Positions 5,967 to 8,013 of a stretch of 8,013 nucleotides of DNA are shown here, piece after piece (the first letter of the stretch is position 1; every line of letters starts with the position of its first letter). The stretch comes from Chlamydiota bacterium. Its GTDB lineage: Bacteria > Auribacterota > JACPWU01. The notes below the pieces were generated by a model that was not told the origin of the DNA, did no database searches, and saw nothing but the letters and a program-made list of their open reading frames with translations. Both the position numbers and the translations under genes were made by a program. The DNA is taken from the NCBI GenBank assembly GCA_016196885.1, contig JACPWU010000029.1, positions 1 to 8,013 of the forward strand, in the 5' to 3' direction.

Positions 5967-6779
5967 TTATTTATTTTCCTTTGGATGGAAGTTAAAGCAT
6001 TCACAAATAATCTGAATGGTCAGAGCTTGAGCCTTTTTATAATCAGGCTCTGGGGGTAAGGGACTTCGGATATAAGCCTCTTGGGAGAGATTCATGAGTT
6101 TTTCGGCCTCTTCTTTGACTTTCTCAAGAGACCATTTTCCATTCTTGATGGCAATAAGTTTGGATGCGTTGGGTCTTTCGACATAAAGCTTTCCTTCATT
6201 TAAGAATTCGATACACATTTCCAAAAGTCGAATGAGATGAGAGGCATTTTTACAGTCGTAACCAAATTTTTCGACCAGTCGTTTTCTTTTTTCACCCATA
6301 TAACCTTTGTGTTGATAGCGCGTCATTCTCTTCAATTGAGAATCTGCGTACCCTGAAAAAGAATGGAAGGCTTTCTTGGAAATGAAGATATCTCTATTTT
6401 GAATGAGCAAATTTCCAATTTTTGTTCTCTTCAAATAAAACTTAGGATCGAGCCAAAGAAGACTGATGACATTGGGATTCGATTTTAGGAGCAAGGACAC
6501 AAATTTTTTAATCTCGTAATGAACGGCGTCCCATTCGCCTATAAATTTTTCATGAACCTCAAATTTTTCAAATCCAAAATAGTGCTCGATGGGTGCCACA
6601 TAAACGCCCATGATGTCCTTGTCGTCCAGACTGTGAGGTTTCTTGGGAGGGACGTAAGTCCCATGCGCAATGCTGCCGCGATACCCTAAGAGGATGAGAT
6701 TTTGTGGGAGAAGTTGATGGAGGGTTTTTTCATCCAGCCCCTTAATTTTGGGGTTTTTTGAGATGGGGTCCAGACGCAT
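5967..6779 (-). CDS. Pol-beta-superfamily nucleotidyltransferase (pattern consistent with PF10127 / RlaP-YcgL-like predicted nucleotidyltransferases)
   Basis: This 270-aa ORF has a GGAG 4 nt upstream of the ATG (minus strand). The NTase signature is LLGYRGSIAHGTY...SLDDKDIMGVYVAP, containing the hG[GS] motif and a DxD metal-binding pair. It is followed by WDAVHYEIKKFVSLLLKSNPNVISLLW, which matches the recalled family block (D..hYEl.KF..L...gNPN..E.L), and then a helical C-terminal half. Confidence 0.75.
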   Translation of the reverse strand: MRLDPISKNPKIKGLDEKTLHQLLPQNLILLGYRGSIAHGTYVPPKKPHSLDDKDIMGVYVAPIEHYFGFEKFEVHEKFIGEWDAVHYEIKKFVSLLLKSNPNVISLLWLDPKFYLKRTKIGNLLIQNRDIFISKKAFHSFSGYADSQLKRMTRYQHKGYMGEKRKRLVEKFGYDCKNASHLIRLLEMCIEFLNEGKLYVERPNASKLIAIKNGKWSLEKVKEEAEKLMNLSQEAYIRSPLPPEPDYKKAQALTIQIICECFNFHPKENK

Positions 6780-6929
6780 GCGGCTCCGTTCTAAAAACGA
6801 AAGGAATCTACTATTTGTATTGCAATGGATATTTTTCGGGATGTTTCAGAGATTCTAATTCAAGATACCTTGGGCTCATTTATAGTGTAATATACCATAA
6901 GTTGTGAAAGGGTACCAAAAAAGGAGAAC

Positions 6930-7517
6930 ATGATGAAAAAGCTGATTGGGGGTGTGTTGGGGGGTGTTGTGCTTTTTATTTGGGGAACGGTTTCGTGGAT
7001 GGTTTTGCCTTGGCACAATACAACTATGGCATCCTTTACGAATGAGGCGGCTGTCGAAACGGCTTTGGTGGCCAATGCGCCTCAGCAGGGAATTTATGTT
7101 TTACCAGGCAATCATAGTCTGGATGCTCATTTAAGCCCTGAGGAGAAGGAGATCCTACAAAAGAAAAATTATGAAAAAATGGCGAAAGGCCCTTTTGCCT
7201 TTATTGCGATGAGCCCTCAGGGGACAGGAACCATCGGCCTTTGCATGATAAGAGGCCTCGCCATTGAGATTCTCGCCGCCTTGCTCATGAGCTTCTTGGT
7301 TTTTAGAGTAGGCGCCGAGCGATTTTCTTGTAAGGTCGGTTTGGTGGTGATGGTGGCTCTTATTGCTGGGATTGTTTGTGAGTTGCCTTCGTGGAATTGG
7401 TCGGGATTCCCTCTTTCTTACACTTTGGTTAGCATTGCCGATCTTTTGATTGGATGGTTTTTGGCAGGTCTTGTGATTGCAAAGGTTGTCGTCCCGAAAG
7501 CAGAAGTTAAAAGTTGA
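6930..7517 (+). CDS. Integral membrane protein of unknown function (about 4 TM segments)
   Basis: This is a 195-aa ORF. The SD AAGGAG (6921-6926) sits 3 nt from ATG 6930 and 6 nt from ATG 6933, so 6933 is the more likely start. Hydrophobic segments are LIGGVLGGVVLFIWGTVSWMVL, IGLCMIRGLAIEILAALLMSFLVF, VGLVVMVALIAGIVCELPSW and LVSIADLLIGWFLAGLVIAKVV. A ~70-aa hydrophilic loop follows TM1. I recognise no family. Confidence 0.7.
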   Translation: MMKKLIGGVLGGVVLFIWGTVSWMVLPWHNTTMASFTNEAAVETALVANAPQQGIYVLPGNHSLDAHLSPEEKEILQKKNYEKMAKGPFAFIAMSPQGTGTIGLCMIRGLAIEILAALLMSFLVFRVGAERFSCKVGLVVMVALIAGIVCELPSWNWSGFPLSYTLVSIADLLIGWFLAGLVIAKVVVPKAEVKS

Positions 7518-7545
7518 TGGTTTGTGTGAGCTGTGGGATACCCCG

Positions 7546-8013
7546 ATGATCCTCGCTTTTCATAAACCTTATGAGGTTCTTTCGAAGTTTACAGCTGGCA
7601 ATTCCAAGCATCGGACTTTGGCGGAGTTTGGGTTTCCGAGAGATGTTTATGCTATTGGGAGATTGGATTGGGACAGCGAGGGGTTGCTGCTTTTGAGTGA
7701 TGAGAAGGAGTGGAATGAATGGCTTCTTCATCCGCGTCATGCGCATGAGCGAATTTACCATGCCCAGGTGGAGGGGATTGCGACGGAAGAAGCAATGGCC
7801 CCGTTAAGAAAAGGGGTAGTGATTCAAGGTTATCAAACGAAACCTTGCAAAGCCAGTTTGTTGGTTGACCCAGGCTATCCTCCACGCAATCCTCCCATTC
7901 GTTTTCGGATCTCTATTCCAACAAGTTGGATTGAACTTAAATTGTTTGAAGGGAAAAATCGGCAAGTCCGTCATATGACGGCGTCGCAAGGATTCCCAAC
8001 GCTTCGTTTGATT
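7546..8013 (+). CDS. rluE: 23S rRNA pseudouridine synthase E (RsuA/RluE family), 5' partial running off the window
   Basis: The frame is open from ATG 7546 to the window end (156 codons) and is missing from the track because it has no stop. It aligns with recalled E. coli RluE: [15 protein letters not shown] vs [28 protein letters not shown] vs GRLDRDSEGLLVLT (catalytic Asp), YHAQVEGI vs [52 protein letters not shown] vs [44 protein letters not shown]. In-frame TTG 7522 and GTG 7525 are alternative starts. Confidence 0.9.
   Translation, partial: [156 protein letters not shown]

Noticed and set aside
5713-6059. ORFs 5713..5907(+), 5753..5947(-) and 5799..6059(+)
   Set aside because: They are alternative-frame or antisense shadows within the two cassette genes. 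They are Phe/Ile/Lys-rich, as expected from AT-rich antisense sequence.
5967-6779. CD-NTase (CBASS cyclase) assignment for the nucleotidyltransferase
   Set aside because: The protein is only 270 aa, and its post-catalytic block (HYEIKKF...NPNV) fits the PF10127 pattern rather than cGAS/DncV-like enzymes. No recognisable CBASS effector or Cap genes are adjacent.
6860-7134. ORFs 6860..7075(-) and 6946..7134(+)
   Set aside because: They overlap the better-supported 195-aa membrane protein frame, which has an SD and coherent TM segments.
7507-7989. Three minus-strand ORFs (7507..7761, 7652..7885 and 7804..7989)
   Set aside because: They are antisense shadows of rluE, whose plus-strand frame is open to the window end and matches E. 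coli RluE closely.

Overview
This 8-kb window looks chromosomal and comes from a moderately AT-rich bacterium. The LPS-heptose gene hldD suggests a diderm, but I cannot assign a taxon by eye. All homology statements rest on motif-level recall, because no searches were possible.

Layout, left to right:
- 1-574: ORF-poor flank holding a truncated REP-like palindrome.
- 575-757 (+): c-di-AMP riboswitch of the ydaO/kimA class with its own intrinsic terminator.
- 801-882: cluster of three GC-rich hairpins inside the leader.
- 935-2911 (+): KimA-like K+ transporter.
- 2938-3074: odd mosaic of direct repeats built from GTATTC and GACCCC.
- 3171-4139 (+): hldD (ADP-L-glycero-D-manno-heptose 6-epimerase).
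- 4162-4329 (+): possible 55-aa ORF.
- 4383-4967 (+): translationally coupled pair, a Cdd1-type helix-hairpin-helix protein followed by a DsrE-like protein whose C-terminus is knocked out of frame by one extra T.
- 5086-5165: complete REP-like nested palindrome between convergent genes.
- 6779-5232 (-): tightly coupled two-gene cassette, a Pol-beta-superfamily nucleotidyltransferase (PF10127/RlaP-like pattern) followed by a 244-aa protein I cannot place in any family.
- 6930-7517 (+): divergently transcribed 4-TM membrane protein of unknown function.
- 7546-8013 (+): 5' part of rluE, absent from the ORF track because it runs off the window.

I saw no tRNA, rRNA, CRISPR array, integrase or transposase.

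The best candidate for an undescribed system is the nucleotidyltransferase plus unknown-partner cassette. Its layout resembles MNT-HEPN and AbiE/MenT-type modules, but the partner lacks the HEPN motif.
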